The notes under the pieces are model-generated. The model ran no database searches, was not told the origin of the DNA, and saw only the letters and a program-made list of their open reading frames with translations. Below, piece after piece: positions 19,986 through 28,705 of a stretch of 64,000 nucleotides of DNA. Every line of letters starts with the position of its first letter. Positions within the stretch are counted from its first letter, which is position 1. Origin of the DNA: Bacilli bacterium (GTDB taxonomy: Bacteria > Bacillota_I > Bacilli_A > RFN20 > CAG-826); the NCBI GenBank assembly GCA_045628045.1, contig JAZQOV010000001.1:32001-96000 (forward strand), written 5' to 3'. Position numbers and translations under genes: made by a program.

Positions 19986-20379
19986 TGGTGGAGTCGGCGA
20001 GAATTGCACTCGTGTCCAGAGAAGGCCCCACAGCAACGTCTACAGCTTAGACGATATTTTAAGATTTAACGAAGCATCACATATCGTAGCTATCTTCGCG
20101 AGACTCATTGGATTTCGGTGAACTTTAGCGAGTCAACTGTGTCTTCCTATCCTTTTGGTATGACACCTTTACTAGACGTGAAAGGAATAAAACTCTAGGA
20201 GGTGTGCTGTCCGGCCTCTAAGGTCGGTCCCTATGTCGGGTAGCTTAAGCTAAACAGCAAGCTTGAGCTCTAGGAGCTCTCATATAACTGTTGTCAGTTA
20301 TTTTGTTTTGGTATTTATGGTTACCAGCCAGCTGCAGTCACTGCCAGGCGATCAACCCTGTCGAAACTAAGTCGACCCC
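19986..20379 (-). ncRNA. ssrA: tmRNA (transfer-messenger RNA)
   Basis: 5' GGGGUCG pairs with 3' CGACUCC-ACCA (G3.U Ala determinant). UUUCGAC 5' motif. AUAACU precedes resume codon GAC. Tag ORF 20295-20245 = (A)DNSYMRAPRAQACCLA*. Confidence 0.95.
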
Positions 20380-20480
20380 TTTTGCAAGGAAGATTATACT
20401 AAAAGTATATTTGCAAAGTAAAGAATAATTTTACTAAATAGTTTTATTTAAGTAAAAACTTTGATAACATTATTACGCTT

Positions 20481-21446
20481 ATGAAAAACTTTAAATTAAT
20501 TCTCAAATCACTCGTCAATAATGACGCCGCAATCGATGGCGCGCGCAAAAAACCTTGGTATTTTGCAATTATTATCTTTTTTATTTCTATTTTAGTTTCC
20601 CTTGTTCCGACTGGAGTTACTTCATTAAAACTTCATCTCGATAAGAATTTTGACAATACAACTTATTGTACACAAGAAGCTGTTACTGCTTTCAGTGAAT
20701 ATTTAAACACAAATGAAATCAAGATGCGTGTTGTTCACGATAAGAAAGCAAAAAATGATTATCTTCTTTGTGATCCAGAACTTAATTATAGATATGAAGC
20801 TGAAATTGGAGATAAAAAGATTACACAATTCGTTTTCACATATAGCGAAAACGAAAGTGTTAATGACAAAAAATTATTAATTGAAGAAACATATAATTGT
20901 TCTTATTTTATTTTCACTTCAAATCAAATTCACATTAGAATTGTTGACCAAAACACAATAGCTCAACCATCGGGTGCTAAAGCAACTGTTGTATTTGAAA
21001 CATTATGCACAAACGCATACAAGAAAATTAGCGAAAATCAAATCAAAGAAGCTTATTCATTTGTTGAAGGTAATTACACTAAAACATTAGAAAATACATG
21101 GAAAAACTGGAAGAAATTGCTTAGAGATTTCTATAGAGAAAAGAGATTAACAGACGCTGGCATTGATGTTGGCGTAATCGCAATTGTTGATTTGTCAATC
21201 CTCTTAATTATGGGATTTATGGTATGGATTCTCTGTAGAGGAAAGAACAATCCATACAGATTATTTACTGTTTGGGATTGCTTCAAAATTTCATTCTGGG
21301 CAGGTTTATCGCCAGCACTTCTTACTTGTGGTTTAGGATTCTTGTTTGGAGCAAAGATTTTATTCCCATTACTTCTTGGCGTAAGAGTTATGTGGCTCAC
21401 TATGAAGTCACTTAGACCTGACGGATCAGGATACGCTGCAAATTAA
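20481..21446 (+). CDS. Hypothetical membrane protein (DUF1189/MalA-like topology)
   Basis: One N-terminal TM, a large loop and about three C-terminal TM segments; family assignment tentative. Confidence 0.6.
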   Translation: MKNFKLILKSLVNNDAAIDGARKKPWYFAIIIFFISILVSLVPTGVTSLKLHLDKNFDNTTYCTQEAVTAFSEYLNTNEIKMRVVHDKKAKNDYLLCDPELNYRYEAEIGDKKITQFVFTYSENESVNDKKLLIEETYNCSYFIFTSNQIHIRIVDQNTIAQPSGAKATVVFETLCTNAYKKISENQIKEAYSFVEGNYTKTLENTWKNWKKLLRDFYREKRLTDAGIDVGVIAIVDLSILLIMGFMVWILCRGKNNPYRLFTVWDCFKISFWAGLSPALLTCGLGFLFGAKILFPLLLGVRVMWLTMKSLRPDGSGYAAN

Positions 21447-21453
21447 TTAAAAG

Positions 21454-21480
21454 AAAAGAACACCGCACAGTGTTCTTTTT
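21454..21480. terminator. Bidirectional intrinsic terminator
   Basis: AAAAGAACAC-cgcaca-GTGTTCTTTT between convergent genes. Confidence 0.75.
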
Positions 21481-21812
21481 TAATCCCCGTAATCGCTCCC
21501 GCGCGATTTATCTTCGTAAAATATTTTACACGCGTCTGTAATATCAACAAATTCTCTAAGTATTGCATCACCATAATCAAGAAATGGATTTTCGAAATCA
21601 TAAACGAATGCAATTGCTTTATTTTCTTTTACTAATTTATCTATTTGGGCCAGGAATTTGACTCGATTTTCCGGATATCTTTCGAATAGACCCATCATTT
21701 GAGTGTAGAAAGCAGGTTCAATAAAAAAGATATGATTTTCATTTGAAGCAAACTTTTTAATAAATTTGTTATCAGTTATTTCTTTATAATTACTAAATTC
21801 TTCGTAATTCAT
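21480..21812 (-). CDS. Hypothetical protein (110 aa), translationally coupled to yycJ
   Basis: Start reassigned to ATG 21812: ATGA overlap with the yycJ stop and an upstream GGAAGGAGG SD. Confidence 0.7.
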   Translation of the reverse strand: MNYEEFSNYKEITDNKFIKKFASNENHIFFIEPAFYTQMMGLFERYPENRVKFLAQIDKLVKENKAIAFVYDFENPFLDYGDAILREFVDITDACKIFYEDKSRGSDYGD

Positions 21813-22555
21813 TTTGAACCTCCTTCCACTGAATGATGCTGATGAGCGCAAACTACATCAATATCCTTAAGACTTATTTTAGCATCTTTAAAAACCTTTT
21901 TATATGTTTCAAGTGCAAGACAAGGATCATTAGCTTCTTCTGATAAGTGCGCCAAGATAATTTGTTTAGTTTTTGGGCCAATGCATTTACACATGTATGT
22001 AGCAGATTGAACGTTTGATAAATGTCCTTTATTTGAAATTATTCTTTTCTTTAAATATGGCGGTCTATTTGTGGCCATAAGCATCTCGACATCATGGTTT
22101 GATTCAATAATGTAATAATCTGCATTTTTCATTTTTACTAGGGATTTTGAGGGGATTTTTCCAGTATCTGTCATATAAACTAATTTTTCTTTATCTACTT
22201 TTATCACAAAACCAACAGGATTTTCTACGTCATGACTTGTGGACAACGGAAGTATTTCGAAATGATCAATTTTAAATTTTTCGTATGGAATTATTTCGTT
22301 CACATTTTCTGCTTCATAAGTTTCTTTTGTGGTGTAAATTGGAAGAGGTGGTAAGTACTTAATTCCTGCTGTATGATCAGAATGTTCATGCGTCAAAAGA
22401 AGAGCACTAATGTCATAAAGATTTTTATTTTCTTTATTTAACGCATCCTTTAATGCACAAAGGGTTACTCCCATATCAATTAAAAGAACACGACCCTTAT
22501 CTATGATGAGAGTCGCGTTTCCTTTTGATCCTGATTCAATAACAAGGATTTTCAT
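21809..22555 (-). CDS. yycJ: MBL-fold metallo-hydrolase YycJ/WalJ family
   Basis: SGSKGNA, THEHSDH, SHD, TDTG, ESNHD, GHLSN and LAHLS motifs. Confidence 0.88.
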   Translation of the reverse strand: MKILVIESGSKGNATLIIDKGRVLLIDMGVTLCALKDALNKENKNLYDISALLLTHEHSDHTAGIKYLPPLPIYTTKETYEAENVNEIIPYEKFKIDHFEILPLSTSHDVENPVGFVIKVDKEKLVYMTDTGKIPSKSLVKMKNADYYIIESNHDVEMLMATNRPPYLKKRIISNKGHLSNVQSATYMCKCIGPKTKQIILAHLSEEANDPCLALETYKKVFKDAKISLKDIDVVCAHQHHSVEGGSK

Positions 22556-24027
22556 TAATCTTGGTTTGGAAGATAATTCACTGATTCATCTTCAAGTTGT
22601 TGATATTTCTTTTCAGCTTCTAATGAAAGGGTGTCAAATCTACAATAATTTTTCTTAAATAATAGTGGGACTGTGCCCATTCTTCCTGAACGGTTTTTAC
22701 GAACAAAAAGATTAACAAGTTTAATATTTTCATCGGAGCCAACTGCTTCTTTCGCGGCTTCCTCAACTCGTTGATTGTGTTGTTCTAATTTATTTTTTGT
22801 ATTAGATGGTTCAAGGAATTTCTTTTCTTGAAGCATTAAAACAATATCAGCATCTTGTTCGATAGAACCAGATTCACGAAGGTCACTTAATTGAGGTTCT
22901 CCGCCTCTTTCTTCAACATTACGGTTTAATTGAGCAACACCAATGATTGGAACATTTAAATCAAGGGCGAGTTTTTTAAGAGTTTGAGAAATCATTTGGA
23001 CTTCTAATTGTCTTGATTCTGATTTAGTTTTTGATGTTGTAGTAACAAGACCAATATAGTCGACAACAATTAAACTAAGATTTGGTTCTTGTGATTTAAG
23101 TTTTCTACATTTTGCAACTAAGTCTAATAACTTAATGCCTGCTGTATCATCAACATAAAACTTCTTTTGTGCCATTCTCTCACAAGATTGTTGTAGTTTT
23201 AATCTCTTATTTGGATTTAGTCCAAAACCAGTAATAAGATTATCGAATTCAACATCCGCGTCAGCACTGACTAAACGTTTAAATAACATTTTTGCAGGCA
23301 TTTCGAGTGAGAAGTATGCGACTGGGTAATTTGATTTAGTTGTAGCATTATATGCTAAATTGAGAGCAAGAGCAGTTTTACCAACGCCTGGTCTAGCAGC
23401 CAAAATAATTAATTCACCTGGTTGAAAGCCGTGTGTTAAGGTGTTTAATCTTGGGAAACCGGTTGGTGTTCCTGTAACTTCGCTATCACTTGTTGTGCTC
23501 TTTAAGTTTGCGAGTTCTTCAGAAAGAACTTTTGCGACTTGATCAGCTCTTTGGAAGTCGCCAATTCTACGTTTCTCAGTTACGTCGGTAATTTTCTTCT
23601 CGCAAGCAGCAATAAAATCAGATATTTCGCTAATATCTTTTGTATAATATGTATTTTCAATATCACCAAGTGTTTTTAAGAAACTTCTTAAAACTGAGTG
23701 ATCTTGAACAATACGAACATAGTTTGAGAAGTTTTCGAATGTGACAATAGAATCTGCGAGTTCCATTAAATATTCAGGTCCACCTGAGACTTCTAATTCT
23801 TTAGAATTAATTAACTCGTTCGTGATTGTTTGAACATCAACAGCATCTCCGCGTGTGTATAAGCGATACATTGCGCCAAAAATAGCACGATGTTTTTCGT
23901 TTTCTTCAAAGAAATCTTCAACTTCAAGTTTTGCAACTGCTTCTGGAACAAGTTTCGAAGAACGAATCATCGAACCTAAAACCGCTTTTTCAGCTTCGGT
24001 ATTATGTGGTAATTTTTTATCTGCCAT
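22555..24027 (-). CDS. dnaB: Replicative DNA helicase
   Basis: LPH..EAE.AVLG, AARPGVGKT, FSLEM, AQLNR, DLRESGSIEQDAD and KNRSG motifs. Confidence 0.97.
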   Translation of the reverse strand: MADKKLPHNTEAEKAVLGSMIRSSKLVPEAVAKLEVEDFFEENEKHRAIFGAMYRLYTRGDAVDVQTITNELINSKELEVSGGPEYLMELADSIVTFENFSNYVRIVQDHSVLRSFLKTLGDIENTYYTKDISEISDFIAACEKKITDVTEKRRIGDFQRADQVAKVLSEELANLKSTTSDSEVTGTPTGFPRLNTLTHGFQPGELIILAARPGVGKTALALNLAYNATTKSNYPVAYFSLEMPAKMLFKRLVSADADVEFDNLITGFGLNPNKRLKLQQSCERMAQKKFYVDDTAGIKLLDLVAKCRKLKSQEPNLSLIVVDYIGLVTTTSKTKSESRQLEVQMISQTLKKLALDLNVPIIGVAQLNRNVEERGGEPQLSDLRESGSIEQDADIVLMLQEKKFLEPSNTKNKLEQHNQRVEEAAKEAVGSDENIKLVNLFVRKNRSGRMGTVPLLFKKNYCRFDTLSLEAEKKYQQLEDESVNYLPNQD

Positions 24028-24039
24028 AATTCGCTCTCC

Positions 24040-24486
24040 TTATTTTTCACTAACGTGAACTGTAACAGTTCCATAAACTTCTTTAAACAATTCGATTTTT
24101 AACTTTGTATAACCGAAATGATCAACTGCTTGCTTATCAACAAATTTTCTTTTATCGATTTCAATATTAAATTTTGCTTTTAAATCTTGTTCGATTTGCT
24201 TTGTAGAAATAGTTCCAAACATTCTTCCATCTCCGCTTCCGTTTGCGGTAAATTCGAGAACAATTGATTCTAATTTCTTAGCTGAGGCTAAAGCCTCTTG
24301 TCTCATCTTCTCTATATTTGCAGCTTCTTCAGCTTTTTGTTCATTAAGAATTTCATGTGATTTCTCGCTATATAAAACTGCGAGTTTATGAGGGACGAGA
24401 TAGTTTAAAGCATAACCATCTTTAACATTAACGATTTCTGATTTTTTGCCAATTCCTTTGACATCACTCAAAAGTATAACTTTCAT
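24040..24486 (-). CDS. rplI: 50S ribosomal protein L9
   Basis: MKVILL.DVKG.GK...V.VKDGYA.NYL N-terminus; synteny with dnaB. Confidence 0.97.
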   Translation of the reverse strand: MKVILLSDVKGIGKKSEIVNVKDGYALNYLVPHKLAVLYSEKSHEILNEQKAEEAANIEKMRQEALASAKKLESIVLEFTANGSGDGRMFGTISTKQIEQDLKAKFNIEIDKRKFVDKQAVDHFGYTKLKIELFKEVYGTVTVHVSEK

Positions 24487-24495
24487 AATCCCTCC

Positions 24496-26502
24496 TTATT
24501 TCACAACTCTTGCATCGTTTAAGTAGTCACTTAAAACATTGAGAAGTTTTGTTTCAACTTCCTCAAGAGTTTCATTTTTAAATGCAGCAGCACTTTGCGT
24601 AAAATGGCCTCCGCCGCCAAGTTTTTCAGCTAAAAGCTGAACATTGACTGTGCCATCACTACGACAGGAAATTCTAATTTCATTAGATTGAGTTTTACCA
24701 ATGATAAATGAAGCGTTTATGCCTTTCATTGTCATACATTGATTGCCAACTTTAGCAAGTGTTGCAGCTTCGATAATATCTTCTTCGTCTGCTAAGCAAT
24801 AAACAATTCCATAATATGGAGTTTTTGTATTAGCCAAAATTTTATTAATTAATGAATGTTCTTCAAATTCATCTTTTAAAAAATCGTCAGCTTTTGTATT
24901 ATCTGCGCCACATTCCTTTAGGAACATTGCTGCCTCAAATGTTCTTGCACCACAGGTGGTGGATTTGAAGAAGTTAGAGTCCATAAAGATACCAGCAAGC
25001 ATAATTGTTGCTAATGGTGCAGGAACAATAACTCTTGGGTTTTCAGAGGAATATTTGATAAGTTCAGCAACCATTTCTGATGTAGAAGAAGCTGAAGAAT
25101 CAATATCACAGAAAATAGGAGATTCAATAAAGTCTTCCCCACGTCTATGGTGATCAATAACCATGATTTTGTTAGCCTTATCAATAATTTTTGGGGCAGA
25201 AGTCATAGATGCTTTGTGAACATCACATACCACGACAAGTGAATTGCCTTTTAACATATCAAGACCTTGAGTTTCTGTGATAAATACATCACCCATTTCT
25301 TCTTTTGCGAATGTTGAAAGTAAGGCACCTTTAGTCTTTCTTTCAATACTCTTTGGGTTATAAACAATTCGGCATTCTGTACCAACAGCATCACAAATAG
25401 ATTTAATACCAACGCATGCGCCAAGTGAGTCCATGTCACTCATTTCATGGCCCATTACAATGACGTTTGCAGAATTCTTAATAAGAGAAATAACAGCATC
25501 GCCCATAACACGAACTTTAACTTTGTTGTGTTTTTCTTGAGCTTCGCTCTTGCCACCAAAGAATGTTAAATCTTGACCATATTGTGAAACAACAACTTGG
25601 TCACCACCTCTTGAAATAGCAATTTCAACACCTGAAACAGCCATTTCATTTAACTTAAGAACATCAGGATAATCGTAAGCAATTCCTATGGAAAGTGTTG
25701 GTGGAGTTGATTCTTTTTCACCAATCTGGTGGATTTTGTCTAAAAGTGAAAATTTATCTGCAATCATTTTTTCTAATGACTCATAGTTACAAACAATAAA
25801 ATATGCGTCATTGTTAACTTTTCTTAAAAGAGCCGAGAAATCACGGCAATAATCGTAAATTGCGTTTCTAACTTTGGAAAGCGTATCGTTTGATTCTTCT
25901 TTTCCAGATACATCGGAGAAGTTATCAATAATAATTTGACCAATAACAGTGCTTTGTCTTTTTGAGTAGGCACTAATAGTTTCAAAATCAGTTGTATCTT
26001 TAAAGATATATAGACCAGCTTCTTTTAGTAATTTAACTTCATAGTTTCTTGAGTTTAGAGAAATTTTTGCAATTGCGCCTTGTGATTCTTCACTTAAATT
26101 TGCTAAGGTTGGTTGCCAATCCAAAATATTTTCATCAAGGATTTCAATTCCTCTTTCTTTAAATAAAGTATTTGTCCACAAAACAACATTGTTTTCGTCA
26201 ACAACTGCTAAACCTAGCATACCAAAGTTGTAAGCTTCTTGAATGTCTGAACCAATAAGATCGGCGGCCTTTAAGTCTGTCTTTTGTCTGATCTTTGTGA
26301 AATACATAAGAACAATCCATGCATAAAAAATATTTATAGCAGCGATTGCTCCGAGTGTTGGGTAAACAACAATGTCTCCGCCAAGATCTTGAATACTAAT
26401 AAAATCAAAATACACAGCAAGACATACCAAAATAATGCCAATAAGTTCTATAAGGCCAAAAACAAAGCCAACTAATTTAAGTCTAAATAATTTCTTTTTC
26501 AT
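24496..26502 (-). CDS. gdpP: c-di-AMP phosphodiesterase GdpP (TM-PAS-degenerate GGDEF-DHH/DHHA1)
   Basis: Two TM segments, RGGDQVV, GH...D.D.LG, IDHHRRG and LGGGGH motifs; upstream of rplI. Confidence 0.92.
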   Translation of the reverse strand: MKKKLFRLKLVGFVFGLIELIGIILVCLAVYFDFISIQDLGGDIVVYPTLGAIAAINIFYAWIVLMYFTKIRQKTDLKAADLIGSDIQEAYNFGMLGLAVVDENNVVLWTNTLFKERGIEILDENILDWQPTLANLSEESQGAIAKISLNSRNYEVKLLKEAGLYIFKDTTDFETISAYSKRQSTVIGQIIIDNFSDVSGKEESNDTLSKVRNAIYDYCRDFSALLRKVNNDAYFIVCNYESLEKMIADKFSLLDKIHQIGEKESTPPTLSIGIAYDYPDVLKLNEMAVSGVEIAISRGGDQVVVSQYGQDLTFFGGKSEAQEKHNKVKVRVMGDAVISLIKNSANVIVMGHEMSDMDSLGACVGIKSICDAVGTECRIVYNPKSIERKTKGALLSTFAKEEMGDVFITETQGLDMLKGNSLVVVCDVHKASMTSAPKIIDKANKIMVIDHHRRGEDFIESPIFCDIDSSASSTSEMVAELIKYSSENPRVIVPAPLATIMLAGIFMDSNFFKSTTCGARTFEAAMFLKECGADNTKADDFLKDEFEEHSLINKILANTKTPYYGIVYCLADEEDIIEAATLAKVGNQCMTMKGINASFIIGKTQSNEIRISCRSDGTVNVQLLAEKLGGGGHFTQSAAAFKNETLEEVETKLLNVLSDYLNDARVVK

Positions 26503-26616
26503 ACTAATAGATATTATAGCGCACTTACTTAATAAAAAGTATCTTTAGTTACTTTTTTCTTCGCAAGTATTAATTATATTAAAAATATGCGGGAAAAGCT
26601 GTGGTTTTAGATAAGA

Positions 26617-26641
26617 AAAAAGAGGCCGTCGCCTCTTTTTA
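26617..26641 (-). terminator. Intrinsic terminator after small membrane peptide copy A
   Basis: AAAAAGAGGC-cgtc-GCCTCTTTTT. Confidence 0.75.
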
Positions 26642-26659
26642 AGTTGTTCTAATCTAGAT

Positions 26660-26884
26660 TTAGAACTTTCCGAAGATTATTCTGAGTAAAAACTCAACAA
26701 TTGCAATTGGAACTAAGAGAATGATTCCAATAAGTGAGCCAAGACAGTCAACAAGAACTTCTAATGCACCGGCAACAACGCCAATGAGGCATCCGAAGAT
26801 ACCATAACTAAAAAGTTGTGCGACTGAATGAAGATTACCCCAGATTAATTTAATCGAAGTTATACAGCTAGTTGCTATTCTCAT
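26660..26884 (-). CDS. Small hydrophobic protein (74 aa), copy A
   Basis: AGGAG SD; promoter TTGAAA-17-TATAAT (26936-26908); 53/74 identical to the neighbouring copy. Confidence 0.8.
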   Translation of the reverse strand: MRIATSCITSIKLIWGNLHSVAQLFSYGIFGCLIGVVAGALEVLVDCLGSLIGIILLVPIAIVEFLLRIIFGKF

Positions 26885-26964
26885 ATGATTTTTCTCCTAC
26901 GATTGAAATTATACATAATTTTCACTAATGTTTCAAATAATAATTTCTTTAGGAAAAGGGGAAG

Positions 26965-26988
26965 AAAAAAAGAGGCATAAGCCTCTTT
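26965..26988 (-). terminator. Intrinsic terminator after small membrane peptide copy B
   Basis: AAAAAAAGAGGC-ataa-GCCTCTTT. Confidence 0.75.
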
Positions 26989-27004
26989 AAGTTCGATAAT
27001 TTAT

Positions 27005-27229
27005 TTAGAATTTACCAAATAATAATCTGAGGAGGAGTTCTACTAATCCAACTGGAAGAGCAAGAACGAAACCGATTACGGATCCGATGCAATCGACAAC
27101 AACCTCAAATGCACCGACAACAACACCGATAAGGCATCCAAAGAAGCCATATCCGAAGAGTTGACCGACTGCGTGGAGGTTACCCCAAATTAATTTAATC
27201 GAAGTTATACAGCTGTTAAAAATTCTCAT
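27005..27229 (-). CDS. Small hydrophobic protein (74 aa), copy B
   Basis: GAAAGG SD; promoter TTGTAA-17-TATAAT (27281-27253); paralog of copy A. Confidence 0.8.
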   Translation of the reverse strand: MRIFNSCITSIKLIWGNLHAVGQLFGYGFFGCLIGVVVGAFEVVVDCIGSVIGFVLALPVGLVELLLRLLFGKF

Positions 27230-27290
27230 AAATTTACCTTTCTTTCATAATTATTATATTAAAAACATAGCGTTTTTACAAATAGAAATT

Positions 27291-27587
27291 TTAATCTACT
27301 TCCACAACCTCGCTAAAACCAGTCATATCAAATATTTCTTTAATTAGCGAAGAAGTATTAATAATTGTAAGTTTTCCTTTACCATTTAATTCTTTTGAAA
27401 CGGCTAGAATTACTCTTAATCCTGCGGATGTAATGTATTCAACATTTTTGAAATCTAAACAAATATTGCTAATTTTTTTCATTACTTTGCGTATTTCTTT
27501 ATCAAAAGCGCCAGCTGTTTGAGTATCAATACGTCCCTCAATTAAGATTTTTGCGGAATTTTCTTCTTTAATAATCTCTATTTTCAT
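27291..27587 (-). CDS. STAS-domain protein (anti-sigma factor antagonist family)
   Basis: GRIDT.TA, LDF..VEYITSAGLRV and IFDMTGF motifs; promoter TTGTAA-17-TAAAAT. Confidence 0.9.
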   Translation of the reverse strand: MKIEIIKEENSAKILIEGRIDTQTAGAFDKEIRKVMKKISNICLDFKNVEYITSAGLRVILAVSKELNGKGKLTIINTSSLIKEIFDMTGFSEVVEVD

Positions 27588-27634
27588 AAAATTTCCTCTG
27601 CTAGATATATTTTATACTTTCTTATTAGTTTTTA

Positions 27635-27662
27635 CAAAAAAAGTAGCCAAATGGCTACTTAT
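27635..27662 (-). terminator. Terminator of the rpsF-ssb-rpsR operon
   Basis: AAGTAGCCA-aa-TGGCTACTT with a U-tract on the minus strand. Confidence 0.75.
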
Positions 27663-27670
27663 TTTTTTAA

Positions 27671-27898
27671 TTAGTCTTGTACGAATGGTAATAGTGCCAT
27701 GTAACGTGCATTCTTAATTGCTTTAGCAACTTCTCTTTGATGTTTTGCACATGCACCTGTTGATTGACGTGAAGCAATTTTTCCGTTTGGAGTAATGTAT
27801 TTGCTTAATGTCTCAACATCTTTGTAATCAATGTATGCGACTTTATTTTTACAGAAGTTGCAGACCTTTTTGTGTGGTCTAACTTTTTTGAATCCCAT
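27671..27898 (-). CDS. rpsR: 30S ribosomal protein S18
   Basis: KKVC.FC, IDYKDV and TG.CAKHQR..A.AIK.AR..ALLP motifs. Confidence 0.97.
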   Translation of the reverse strand: MGFKKVRPHKKVCNFCKNKVAYIDYKDVETLSKYITPNGKIASRQSTGACAKHQREVAKAIKNARYMALLPFVQD

Positions 27899-27917
27899 GA
27901 TAATTTTCCTTTCTTAA

Positions 27918-28346
27918 TTAGAACGGAAGATCGTCATCAGTTACATCAATAGAATCTAAATTCTTAGATTCTTCGATTACTGGTTCGTCATCAAATACAA
28001 TCTCTTCGTTTGGAATTTCTCTTGTTCCTTTTGGTTCAAGGAATTCAACGTGATTTGCGATGACTTCAATAACTGAGGCTTTTGTTCCGTCTTTTCTCTC
28101 GAATGTGCGTTGACGAATTCTTCCATCAACACCAACGAGTGATCCTTTTCTTAAGAATTTTGCAACTGTATCAGCTTGTTTATCCCAAACTGTAACACCG
28201 ATAAAGGACGTTGTTTTTTCGCCATTTGGGCCTTTGACATTATCGTCAACTGCTAATGTGAATGAAGCAACTCCCATGTCGCTGGTTGTTCTTCTAAGTT
28301 CTGGATCTCTTGTTAATCTACCAGTTAAAACGATTCTGTTTAACAT
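27918..28346 (-). CDS. ssb: Single-stranded DNA-binding protein
   Basis: MLNR.VL.GRLTRDPELR N-terminus; C-terminal DDDLPF. Confidence 0.97.
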   Translation of the reverse strand: MLNRIVLTGRLTRDPELRRTTSDMGVASFTLAVDDNVKGPNGEKTTSFIGVTVWDKQADTVAKFLRKGSLVGVDGRIRQRTFERKDGTKASVIEVIANHVEFLEPKGTREIPNEEIVFDDEPVIEESKNLDSIDVTDDDLPF

Positions 28347-28365
28347 AAATGTTAATCCTCCTTAA

Positions 28366-28653
28366 TTAGTCTTGATCGACAGTAAATAAGTGACGTACAA
28401 CATTTTGATTGATTTTTGCTAAACGTGTGAATTCATTTAATGCAGCAGGTTCAGCTGTGAGCTTAACAATGACGTAGTAACCTTTAATTTGCTTATTGAT
28501 TGGATAAGCGAAGTTACGTAAGCCCCATTCTTTAACTTCGCCAAGTTTTGCACCGTTTGAAGTTAAAATTTTGTGAAGTTTTTCGATTTCTGCTTTGCGA
28601 GCTTCTTCATCGAGTCCGTCTTTCACAATGTACATGAGTTCGTACTTTTTCAT
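28366..28653 (-). CDS. rpsF: 30S ribosomal protein S6
   Basis: Start reassigned to ATG 28653 (GGGAGG SD); YELMYI and WG.R..AYPI.K...GYY motifs. Confidence 0.96.
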   Translation of the reverse strand: MKKYELMYIVKDGLDEEARKAEIEKLHKILTSNGAKLGEVKEWGLRNFAYPINKQIKGYYVIVKLTAEPAALNEFTRLAKINQNVVRHLFTVDQD

Positions 28654-28659
28654 TTTTCT

Positions 28660-28705
28660 ACCTCCCTTTGGTCTTCTGGCTAACATTTCCTGTTAGCAGA
28701 GAGAA
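28660..28705 (-). promoter_or_regulatory. S6:S18 ribosomal-protein leader (autogenous translational control)
   Basis: Minus strand CUCUCU-GCUAACA(GGAAA)UGUUAG-CCA-GAAGACCAA-AGGGAG: outer stem sequesters the SD, with an inner hairpin and a CCR motif in the internal loop. Confidence 0.75.

Noticed and set aside
18771-19990. Integrative element at the tmRNA 3' end
   Set aside because: No integrase and no duplicated tmRNA 3' fragment seen; a terminator-like hairpin follows directly.
19986-20020. Stand-alone tRNA gene (CCA end with T-arm)
   Set aside because: The 3' end pairs with a 5' end 394 nt away and encloses a tag ORF, so it is tmRNA.
22700-22835. Intein in DnaB
   Set aside because: The insertion is far too short and lacks N-terminal Cys/Ser and C-terminal His-Asn splice motifs.
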